A stretch of DNA of 64,000 bases from Paraspadella gotoi (taxonomy: Eukaryota > Animalia > Chaetognatha): NCBI GenBank assembly GCA_051294375.1, contig CM119263.1:29972099-30036098 (forward strand), read 5' to 3'. Both the position numbers and the translations under genes were made by a program. The notes under the pieces are model-generated. The model was not told where the DNA came from and made no database searches. It saw only the letters and a program-made list of their open reading frames with translations. Positions 14,794-26,009 of this stretch are shown piece after piece. Positions within the stretch are counted from its first letter, which is position 1. The number at the start of each line of letters is the position of its first letter.

Positions 14794-17001
14794 TAATAAT
14801 AATAATAATAATAAATTGTAATGACTCAATCAAAACTATTATTCCTCTTACCATTTTTACACTCTCCTCACCTGACGGGAATGTGATCTCCCCGGATGTT
14901 GAGTCCGGATATCATGAGTTCGTGAAGAGTGTGCAGATCACCGACGGTGATGAGCCATCGATTTTTGCAGGTGGGCGCGCCGAGAATGCAAGCGCGTGGG
15001 ACGAACTGGATGGCTCGGACCTGATTGGTTGATCGATCAATCAATCAATAAATAAATCACTATATCTTTCAATCAATCAATATTTCTATTTATTAATTCG
15101 ATTAGCTTTTTAACCATCTGTCAGCTAATTAATGTAACAATCTCAAAATTGATTTGTAAATCAATTAATCTAGCTAGTAATATCAATTAATCACTAAATA
15201 AATCATAAAATCAATCGAAACAAATCGAAATAAATCATTACTTAAATAAACCAATCAATCAACCAATCATTCGAACCGTGGCAAAGACGTTCAGCTTGAG
15301 GAACATGATGGCTTCGTCAACGGCTTCTCTGACTTCGTCGTGACAGAGTGAGACTCCAGGGTAATCGATGCAGACCGTCAGAGGTCGCTTCTCCGGCGGG
15401 GACTGATGAAAAAAAACAAAAGACAATAAAAAAAATATTAATTTTAAAAATTATTTTGAAAAAGCTTTAAAACGAAATTTTACAAATAAAAGAATAAAAT
15501 AAAAGCCAGTTGATTTTAGATATTAATTAGAAAATAAAAAATGTTAACAGAAAAAGGATCTCGAGGTCATAAAATTTGAATCGTCAAAGCAGGTGTCACT
15601 TTTGACGGGAAAACGTGTCATTTCAAACAAAAGACAATCAAAATGTCCTCAACTGCACTAAATTCTAAAAAGTCATTGCAATTTTTTAAATGGTGAGTCT
15701 TTTCACGTTCCATTAACTGGCCATTTCCTACTCTGCCTTACTTTAAACTTACCATAACTTAATTAGACTTACCTTGAACTTCATGTACTTGAGGCTGATC
15801 TGCTGACTCGGGTCGGCGCCCGCTTTGAAGTTGGCCACGCTTATGTCGTCTCTGGATGAAGAGGAGAAAAGGAGGAGAAGGAAAGGAAGAAGAGAAAATA
15901 TGAGACACGTAAAAGAAGAAAAGAAAGAGAGAAAAAGGAAGGACAGAAAAAAAGAAAGAATGGAAGAAAATTAAAGAGAAAAGGAAAAAAAAAGTAAAGA
16001 AAAAGAAACAGAAACAACAGCAATAACAACAACAACGACAACCCTGAGGGCAGCAATAACAAGAACAACATAAAAAAAACATTAACTCCAACAACAGCAA
16101 AACTTCAACAGCCACAAAATAACAGCAATCTTCAGTCAACCTCATCATCAAATACATCAAGAACAGCGATAAGCCCAACAACATCAATGATATCAACAAG
16201 AAAACAGAAAGGAGAAACTACAACATCAACAAAATCCAGCCCCATTATCTTCTCCAGCTCACAACGCGGAAGAGGCTCTTCTAGGCGGCGCCGCCGGCTT
16301 CGTCTTCTCCGCCGGCGTCTTCGCCCTCGTCTCTTTCGTTTCCGGCGGCGTCGTTTCCATCGTCGACTCTTCTTGATTCTTCTTCAGAGTCTCTACCAAC
16401 TTCTGGAGCTGCTCGGGGTCCTGGAGGAAGAAAAGGAGGTGGGAAAAGGAAAGAGGGAGGAAAGGAAAGAAGAGGAAAGGAAAGGAAAGAAAATGGGGAG
16501 GAAAAAAGGAAAGGAATGAGGGAGGAAAAGAGATAGCAAAAAAAAATTATATAAAGATTCATAAAGGAAAACAATATATCTAAATTTATATCTATATAGA
16601 TCTAAACATTGTAAACAATGAAAAAAAATGTAGAAACCGGTTAGGAATAGAAAAGAATAGAAAAGAAGAAAATAAAAGGATTTGAAAATATTTTTTAAAA
16701 ATGAGAAAAAAGGTAAAAGAGAAGAGAACAGAAAAGACCAAAAAAGATGAAAAAAAAAGAAAAGAAGAGAAAAGAAGAGAAAAATAGAGAAAATAAAATA
16801 AAAGAAGAGAAAAGAAGAGAAAATAAAATAAAAGAAAAGAAGAGAAAATTCTCACCAGTTCATCGGCTGCCTGAAATTCAGGTGGAGTAAAGTCTCCAGC
16901 TTTATGTCTTTCTCTTCTCTCCTCTTTGTCAGCGTAGTCTGAAGCCTAAAGAGAATAAAAGTCATGTCTCTGTCTCTATCTCCCTCTCTCTCTCTCTCTC
17001 T

Positions 17002-17083
<82 letters not shown>

Positions 17084-17165
17084 CCCTCTCTGTTTGTCAG
17101 TCTATCTATCTCTCTTACTCTCCAGCTCGTTATTTACTTATTTATTGTACTCTCTCTTGCACTGA

Positions 17166-17250
<85 letters not shown>

Positions 17251-17286
17251 TACCATGCTCCGCTTGCCCTGCCATTCTTCCGTCAT
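14434..17286 (-). CDS. C19orf81/DUF4732-like protein, about 247 aa, 7 exons
   Basis: Exons 17254-17286, 16856-16945, 16263-16420, 15773-15851, 15277-15402, 14872-15020, 14434-14542, all phase-consistent. The C-terminal RPLTVCIDY...NRWLITVGDLHTLHELMISGLNIRGDHIPVRRYDMVMQEEY resembles, from memory, vertebrate C19orf81 (RWLITVTDF...LLRSGL..RG....LVRHD). Confidence 0.75.
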
Positions 17287-17418
17287 TTTTTTTTGCTCAA
17301 ATGTAATTAACTCGAAAATCATAAAAAATCGTTTTTATTTTTAAAAAATCGCAAAATTTTACATCGACTCCGACTGAGAGGGAAATTTTATTCTGTCGCG
17401 AAGGAAAAAACGGGAGTC

Positions 17419-17454
<36 letters not shown>

Positions 17455-18484
17455 ACGAGAGAGAGAAGAGAGAGAGAGAAAGAGAGAGAGAGAGACGAGA
17501 GAGAGAGAGAGAAGGAGAGAGGAGAGAGAGAGTCATGATTTGCCGAGGTGTCAACAGAAGTTGTTTTGGCACGAATCGAAAGAATCCATGATGAATCAGG
17601 ATTTTTAAGCCGATTAATCTTTTTTTAAACGAAATAATTTTAAAATTGTTAATAAACAAAAAAATAATGGTCTGTATGTGCGGTTTTGAAAAAAAAAATG
17701 CTGTGTTCCAAATCGATGCTTAGTATGTTTTGATTTCCCTAATTATGCTAGGGCGATGCAGACTGATTTTGATGATAATGTTTAAAAAATTTATTTAAAA
17801 ATGTTTAACAAGCTAATTAAAAAATTAAAATCTACTAAGTTTTAAAATTAGCAAACCATTTTTAAAGTCGGCTTTCTCCAACTATCCTCAAGGCAAATCA
17901 AAACTGATCAAAAATCTTTTTAGGTTTACAAATACTGATTTTAATAAGAAATAAAAATTAAAAGGATTAAACACTACTATTACGTAAGAATTTGAAACGT
18001 TAATAATATGAATACAAACAGATGGCAAAATGGCAGTTAATTAAATTCGGAGACTTTTTTAGGGTCAGCTTTATATTTTATAGAACAAATATGCAAACAA
18101 GTATAGATCACAAGTATGTACATTCATAAATATATTTTTTTTGTAAATAAACATCGGTGTTTAAGCCGTGGCTATTTAACTGAAAAAATTGTTGTTGGTG
18201 TTGTTGTTGTAGTTCATGGATTTAGAGTAGGCATAGGGACATTAAAACACTGCAATGAGACTTTCAATTCAAACCAAGATACGGAAGCTAAATTGTGAAT
18301 AGACAGGGATACATCATACCAGAGGAAAATGCAGCTATGAAAGTCAGGTGTGAATGAGCTTAAGATTAAACGGGATTCTCATTTTTATGTTAAAGGAAAG
18401 AAAAAACCGTGGGAGAAAGATTTACAGAGCAACTCAGCGGATTTAAATTGGTTGTGGCGAGAATTGCTACAACTGAATGGAGTC

Positions 18485-18660
18485 TAAGACATGAATGTGG
18501 TTTGATAGTCCTTGAATTTGGTTTCACAGTTCATGAATGGGATTCGACAGTTCATGAATGCGATTTGAACGTTCATGAATGCGGTTTGACAAGAGAAGAA
18601 TGGAGTTTGACAGGACATGAATTAGGTTTGACGGTTTGACAGCATTCATTGGGTTCAATT
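18485..18660. repeat. Degenerate 21-nt tandem repeat (ttcatgaatgtggtttgacag) in a presumptive 3' UTR
   Basis: About 8 diverged units seen directly. Confidence 0.75.
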
Positions 18661-18681
18661 TGAATAGAGAATAGAATTTGG

Positions 18682-18776
18682 TCATGGATTCCAAGATTTG
18701 ACTTTGTTGCTTTCTCGTTCTTGAATTCGCCTTTGCTCTGCATGTCGCGATTCCTTCAGCCTCGCCACAGTTTTTT
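18682..18776 (-). CDS. Candidate alternative terminal exon of the Lys/Glu-rich gene
   Basis: Acceptor tgttttcag, phase 1, compatible with exon 20552-20645. Encodes (E)KTVARLKESRHAEQRRIQERESNKVKSWNP*. Confidence 0.5.
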
Positions 18777-20174
18777 CTGAAAACAAATATTAATTATTAT
18801 TATGAAATTATTATAAAAAACAAATCATGTTAACAGAAAATTTTTTCTTTCTTATAAAAAATAAAATATAAATGAAATAAAAAAAAATAAAAGTCAAATA
18901 AAACGACTTTCCACTCGTCAGAAACCTCTTTTGAACCAATTAGTTAATCTTATTTCAAAATTAAATGTAATAACCTCAAAAAGGACTTATATTGAGATCT
19001 AGCTAAACATAGAGGACTATTTTGTTTTGCTTTTGAAGAAAATAAGCAAAATAGGATAAACAAACAAGAACATTAAAAGTGGTTAACTTTTTGAGTAAGA
19101 TGAATCAAAATTTCTTTCTAAAATAAAGTAAAATATACTCTGAAATTTGAAACATTTCTGAACACATTCAGGTACACATGCCCGAGTCACGAAGGTGCAA
19201 GTGATAATTATTAAATAATAAGATAATTGAGTATCTTTTATCTGTTAATTTTTACTACATGAGTAAGGAATAAGTTATCTAAAGTATTAATAAGGTTAGT
19301 TGTGAGATTCATCCTGTAATATCTGAATTTCATCCAATACTTGAAATACAGTTTTCAGTAAATAATATTTTTTTATATTTTCGTAATATGTACACATACA
19401 AAATAAGGCGACATTTGATGTGAAGGATAAAATTTGAAAATTTTTAGACAAGAGTAACTGTAAACTCTACATAGTTTTATATTTGGCATTTAACATTTAT
19501 ATGTATGAGTCACTTTTTGGTTTGTATTTTAATGCTTTTATTTGAGCGTAATATGTTTAAATACTATTAGTTTTTTTTCGAAAAACGATTATGTATTAGC
19601 TCAATATTTGTTTTTTATAATGAAATTATTTAAACAATGACCTAATTTAGGATGCAAAAAATGCAGAGCTAAAAATTAAATTCCTAAGCTATGTATGATT
19701 TTTTCTAATTTTTTTTTCTCTCCCATAATCCATTTAGTTGTATTTGTTATTATCTGGTGTTACACGGTAAATTTTATGTACAGGGTTAAAGTCGGAACCA
19801 TGGAACGCTTTTATATGTCTGTTGATTGTTTCATTACTGAATTGTTAGCCCGTCAAGTTAATATATTAGCAACTAGCAAGACTTTGATAATTATTTTAAA
19901 GACATGCCAAAACTAGAAAGATTTTAAATTTTGTCTTCATCTAGTGTATTGTATACACAACATTTAACATGTTCACAGAAAGGAGAAGTGAATAAGAATT
20001 TGTGAAACTATGGAGTAATTTTTCAATCGGAATTTCCGGTTTGGCAAGCTTTTTCCGGGTTCCAAAACAACAAGACACTACATACGACTAAGATCTAATT
20101 ATCTGAGATAATAATCAAGTAGTAAGTATTAATGTTGAATAAGTCGAATTAATTAGAGTTTTAGAAAAAAAACA

Positions 20175-21502
20175 TCAAATCCATTTGGTTGACTTCTTTT
20201 GTTTGGCGTGAGCCTCCTTCGCGCTCACGATCGCCATCGTTCGCGCCATTTTATCGCACATTAACTTTTTATCGCGTTGACAAGTAGAGGTCGTCTTACC
20301 TGCGAAGAGGAAAAAACAAAAAGGCATCGGGGATGAAGTTATGTTAGATTATAATTAAATTGCGTACTTTTGATTAAGTAAATAAATGGTAAATTTAATG
20401 ATATATACAGGAAACTCTTTCTTTTTTTATGAAACCTGAAGAGATTTCTTTTTCTATTTCTTTAAAAACATTTCCCAACAATTGCTCGATAAATTCTTAT
20501 TCGCAAAGAGTTGACAATTATTTTCGTATTGTTTTGTCATCAACATGAAACCTGATAAGGCCGCTAATTTTTGTTCTTGCTTGGTAAGTGGTGCTTGAGT
20601 AGGCTGGGTAGTTTTGGAAGTGGGTTGTTTTTTGGTGGCCGCAACCTGAGAAAACGAGACACATAAAAAATAACTACAACTGTAAAATTTGTACAAAGTT
20701 TTTGCTATATATAAATTGTTCAGATGTATGTGACTAAAATTTACTAGTAAAAGTAAAAACGCTTAATAATCGCGCGGAAACAAGAACTAAGTCATCCCAT
20801 TTTATTTTAAAGGGAAATTAAAAATAGTGAGTTTTGAAGTTGCATGCCGCTCGAGGTTAATTTTTTTCCCCTTATTATCGAAATCCGTTCATCTGATAAT
20901 TTGTCTCAAATTTCAAAATTTTTTTTTGTGGGTGATTGATTAGGAACTTTATCATGTCGTACTTTAAATTGGTTACAAAACATTTACTTGTTTTTAAATT
21001 TGCGTTTAGAAATTTGAAGAAAAAAATATTTAATTACAAATTGTTAGAATTTGTGTTAAAAAAGCTGGATTTTAGTTGGCGGTTCAAAAATTAACTTCAG
21101 GTTAATATACTTTTTAAGCAAAATGATCATAATATCTACACCGCATGTGTACATATTTTGCACACACGCAGTAACGTGCAACTTTTAAAATGAAGTAAAG
21201 TATTTTTTCTCACCGATTCGGGGTTCTGAAATAACGAGTGTGCGAGAAGACTTATGAAAATTGTACTTGATTTTTGAAGAAGGAAAAATTAAAGGTTTTT
21301 TTGTGGCGCGAATTCTATTCGATTCAATGAGACAATTTTTGGTTTTTGCGTTTTTCTATCTTACAAAAATTTAGTTTTAGAAAAAGTTTGAAATTTGCTT
21401 CGTCAACGAATTTTATTTATATACGGACATGTTTCGACTCTTTTGGTTGCGAGTCTTCATCAGCGTTTACAGTTTTGAAGTAAGTTTACAAAATTGTGCA
21501 GA

Positions 21503-21588
<86 letters not shown>

Positions 21589-24500
21589 AATAGAGTTAAA
21601 ATAAATACTTGCAACATAAATCTTTTTAAAAGTTTAGTTTCAAAATCATGAATTAGTTTAATTGAGAACTAAATCAATAATTTCAACTTTTTTTAGTTTT
21701 TATATCCAATAACAATGCGAAAATAAGTTTGATTTTTTTTAGTTTTATAAACAGTTTTTAAATAAACAAATTTGATTATTTTAAAAGAATGAAATAATAC
21801 GGCCATAACTTTGAAACACTTGGATGACTCTTTATTTGGCTTTCAGCCTCCTTTCTTATATCTTCCACTTGAAAAGCCACTTAGAAGAATCACTTCATCC
21901 CATCAAATTGTTGTTCTATTTATCAGCGTGAAAAGTGTTTGTCCATTTTCTCTGGCAATATTTCAGGGGAGGCCAAAAAAAACTTGCTAGGTTTTGTTCT
22001 GACAACCCTTTTTTAGTTAAAGCTAAGCGGCACTGACCGAGTTTGAGTATAAATCCGAATATCCCTATTTAGTTCAGAATCGCCAAGTTGCTACAATGAA
22101 AAATAGTTTTATAAAAACTACAGTAAACAGTATGAGCTTTATTATATGAAATTGGTACAACCAATATAAAAATTATCCAGTCATTTAATAAATAAGCTAT
22201 CAATGAATTAAATTAACATTTAATAACGTTTTTATTGCAAGTTTTGTAATTTTTTTTCCAAGAGTGCAGTAATCTCAGACTTAAGCAGGGGCAACCTATA
22301 TAAGTATATAAGCCCAAATATTCCGAGTGCGTGTTCAGTGAAGGGAAACCAAATTAGCTTCCATTTATGTCAATATTATATTACAGCTCCGCATTAAACC
22401 GTAATGAAAATTCTAATCAAATACTGTATAATCAATTTTTTTTTTTTTTGTAAAATTAATCTGGTTTTACAAATTTTTTACATTTTAAAAAATTATTACT
22501 ATATAACTATATAACTGTATAATTAATGCATAAATTAAAAAATAAAAATAATAATTTTTTTTAAATAATACATCATTTACTGGGATCATTAGCATTTTGA
22601 TAAGCATTTTTCACTACGTTGCATCCTTTAGCTGAAATCCCCTACTGCATCCTCTCTAGCTGCAATTCCTTGGCTGCATCCCGCGCTTTACCTTCGCCTG
22701 CCGATCTCTGATCAGATTGACGAGCTCCTGCATCTCGCGCGCCTGAGCCTGTTTCGTCATCTGGAAAGTCAAAGCGGGAAGAGCAGCTTCGTCGCCATCT
22801 TCCGTCAATTCGCCGAGTTTCTTGATTCGGTGCTCCTGTTGCAGAGAGTAATAAATAAATAATAATAAGTAATAAATAATAATAAATAAATAAATAAATA
22901 AATAAATTAATTTATTAATTATTCAATCAATGAATGAGTTTATTAATCAATGAAGGAATGAAGGAAGGAAAGAATAAATCAATTAATGATTGTATATTTG
23001 AACTATTGATTGAATGAATGAATGAATGAATGAATGAATGAATGAATGAATGATTGAATGAATGAATGAATGAATGAATGAATGAATGAATGAATGAATG
23101 AATGAATGAATGAATGAATGGAATCATGGATGAATGATGAACATCCTGGACCTGTCTCTCATCCTCCTTGTCGAGCCACTTGCGCAGCCAGGCCAAGTCT
23201 TCCGCGGAATCTCCGGGTGGGAGATCCACGACTTCGTTGTCTTCCTTCTCTGCAACCACGCCTCTTTCCGCCTTCTTCTCCTCGCGAGGCTGGGCGCGTT
23301 CGAACAGCGTTTTCGCCTTGAAGTGTCCCGCCAACATGCCCCAGCTCGATTTGGACGTTAATGATGCGACTGGGGAAAGGGTTTTACATTACTTAATTAT
23401 ATGACGATAATGATAATGATAATTATAATGATAATAATGATGCGACTGGGGAAAGGGTTTACATTACTTAATTAATGATGATAATAATAATGATAATGAT
23501 AATAATGATGCGACTGGGGAAAGGGTTTTACATTACTTAATTAATGGTGATAATGATAATGATAATGATAATAATGATGCGACTGGGGAAAGGGTTTTAC
23601 ATTACTTAATTAATGATGTTAATGATAATAATAATGATAATAATGATGCGACTGGGGAAAGGGTTTTACATTACTTAATTAATGGTGATAATGATAATGA
23701 TAATGATAATAATGATGAGACTGGGGAAAGGGTTTTACATTACTTAATTAATGACGATAATGATAATGATATGATAATAATGATGCGACTGGGGAAAGGG
23801 TTTTACATTACTTAATTAATGATGATAATGATAATAATGATGATAATAAAAAATTTAAATATATTTGTATAAATTTGTTTTAACAATATATGAAAAAGTC
23901 TCCTACCAGGAGTTGTATTGTTAACTTTTTGGATAAAAAGATTGAGTGATCTAATATAAAAAGTAATAAAATTAATAGAATTTGAAGTAATAGAATTCTT
24001 TCCATTTCAGTCTAACTTCAAATCCGATTATTATTCAGACTATATACGCAAAAAATAATTTGGTCAACTACTTACTTTCCGGATTACCAAACACCCTTAA
24101 CAACTTGTCAAATTAGTTTGCAAAGAGGGAAAAGTTCATCCGAATTTCGGTCGAATTAAATGTCATTTCTTTTTTTTATTAACGAATGATAAATGGATCT
24201 TGGTCAGACAAACCTGGGCTGAAGATGCTCCCTCTTTGACGGGAGACGGGTTGCTCCCAGAAATTAATTCTTTTATTCTTACGATTTTCTTACGAACTGT
24301 CAATTTGTTTTAAATTAATTTAATATATTTATTTACAAACCAATATAATTAGGAAAAAAATTAGAAAAATAAATTTAAAAAAAAATAATACAATTAAAAA
24401 AAATTTAAAATTAACAAGAATTTAAAATAATTATATTACGATTGATTTTAAAAGATATATATTATATAGTATAGCGGAGTAACACAATAAGTCACTTTGA

Positions 24501-26009
24501 AGTGTGGAGTCGAGATGACCCTCTATGTCTACGTATATGTTCCACTAAATATCTGACTGGTGCTAAATCAAGTGTTATATTTTGTGCTTGGGAATTAATG
24601 AAAATAAATAATAATTTAAAATTTAAAAAAAAGACATTATATGCAAAAGCGCTCGGAAACGAGGCTTACAAAAAAAAACAACAAATGATCAGTACGAGAG
24701 TTTTTCTCGTTTCTCACTCACTTTTCTGTCTGTCCTCCGCCGAGTCCGCACGTTTCCCCGCCTCCTCTTCGCCTTCCGCGTCGGCAGCGACGGCAGCGTC
24801 GGCAGCGTCGGCAGCCTCACGAGCGTCGGCACCTTCGCCGACCTCGGCCTCGGCGCCGTCTCCGCCTTCCGCCTTTTCCTCCTCCTCTTCCTCCTCTTCC
24901 TCTTCGCTCAAGTCTCCCTCTAGTCTCGCCAATTCGGCCGTCTTCTTGGCGATGTCTTTGAAGCTTCTGATTGGTTCGGACGGTCGAATGATGGCGTCGT
25001 AGTCGACTTTTTCTTTGCCTTCCTCCCGAGCCAAATATTTTTTGAGGTTTTCTAAGGTGTCCTTTTTGGGCTTGGGTTTGGCCCCTTTGACTCCTTTGGC
25101 CTGTTCCTTGGCCGGCGGCGGAGCCGGAGGCGGTTTCTTCTTCTTCTTTTTCTTCTTTTTGACGGCGGCCGATTGGGCGGCGTATTGGGCCTCAAGCTTC
25201 TCCAGGGACCATTTCGGTCTGTGGAGGAAGGAGAGGAGTTGAGGAGAGAGGAAGGGAGAGAGGAGAGAGGAAAGGAGAGAGGAGAGAGGAAGGGGAAGGG
25301 AGAAAGGAAGGGGAAGGGAGAAAGGAAGGTAAGAGAGTAGAGGAGAACGGGAAGAGATAAAGAGGAGTAAAAGAGAGAGAAAGAGAGAGAGAGAAAGAGA
25401 GAGAAGAGAAGAGATGAAAAGGGAGAAAAGAGAGAAGCGAGAGGGAAGAGGGGAGGGGAGAAAGGAGAGGAGAAGGGAAAAGGAAGGGATGAAGGGAAGA
25501 GGAAGATGGCAAAGTATAGTGGTAGCCCTCTATATATTCCCTTGTAGCATCATAACACAACTCCCCCTGAATCTTAATTCCATTTTTCAAAGCCAATGCC
25601 TTCCTCCCAAATACCAGATTCAAAATCAGTACTCCCAAATGCCCTATTAAAAGTCAATGCTCCACTTCACCAAATGCTCTATTCAAAATTAATACTCCCA
25701 CGTAAAATCATAATGCAAAACCCTGCAAATGCACTATTCAAAGTCTAAGCCCCCTCGCCCAAATGCCCTATTCAAAATCAATACTCCCAAGTAAAATCAT
25801 AATACAAAACCCCGCAAATGCCCTATTCAAAGTCAATGCCCCCTCGCCCAAATGCTCTATTCAAAATCAATACTCCCATGTAAAATCATAATGCAAAACA
25901 AGGCAAATGCCCTATTCAAAGTCAATGCCCCCCCTTACCCAGAATACCCTATTCAAAGTCAATACTTCCCTATAGTTTTCGTCGTCTCCCGATTCCTCCT
26001 CCTTTTCAT
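20175..26009 (-). CDS. Uncharacterised Lys/Glu-rich low-complexity protein, about 377 aa
   Basis: Phase-consistent exons 25966-26009 (start uncertain), 24722-25218, 23152-23369, 22692-22835, 21214-21225 (microexon), 20552-20645, 20175-20299. These are GC-rich islands with canonical splice sites. The protein has poly-K, PPPAPPP, poly-E and helical segments (EDLAWLRKWLDKEDERQEHRIKKLGEL). I do not recognise the family. Confidence 0.65.
21423..21466 (-). ncRNA. Minimal type I hammerhead ribozyme (Penelope-like-element type)
   Basis: The minus strand reads ACG-CUGAUGA-A-GACUC-gcaaccaaaa-GAGUC-GAAA-CAUG-UC-CGU. This gives both catalytic boxes, a 5-bp stem II, a palindromic CAUG loop III, a UC cleavage site and ACG/CGU stem I. 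AATAAA follows immediately downstream. Confidence 0.8.
22148..22200 (+). repeat. Short dispersed repeat (aattggtacaaccaatataaaaattatcca.tcatttaataaataagcta)
   Basis: Copies at about 30972-31022 and 61392-61442, a partial inverted copy at 32722-32745, and duplicated-region copies at about 41410 and 50210. Confidence 0.8.
23010..23120. repeat. (GAAT)n microsatellite
   Basis: Seen directly. Confidence 0.95.
23361..23845 (-). repeat. About 69-nt minisatellite made of 7 copies of a 3' splice site
   Basis: The minus-strand unit is taattaagtaatgtaaaaccctttccccAG|tcgcatcatta plus an (ATT/ATC)n spacer. The last copy (junction 23370/23369) is the acceptor of exon 23152-23369. Confidence 0.9.
24214..24260 (+). 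ncRNA. Degenerate hammerhead-like relic
   Basis: CUGGG-CUGAAGA-ug-CUCCC-ucuuugac-GGGAG-acggguugcu-CCCAG. Stem I, the CUGANGA box and stem II are present, but the GAAA box is missing. Confidence 0.4.
25615..25970. repeat. Compound minisatellite (aaatgccctattcaaa...aatactccc) including the donor region of exon 25966-26009
   Basis: Repeated units seen directly. The minus-strand ggga|gtatt motif recurs. Confidence 0.8.

Noticed and set aside
23361-23845. CRISPR-like repeat-spacer appearance
   Set aside because: The spacers are near-identical (ATA/ATG)n low-complexity runs, the context is a eukaryotic intron, and there are no cas genes.
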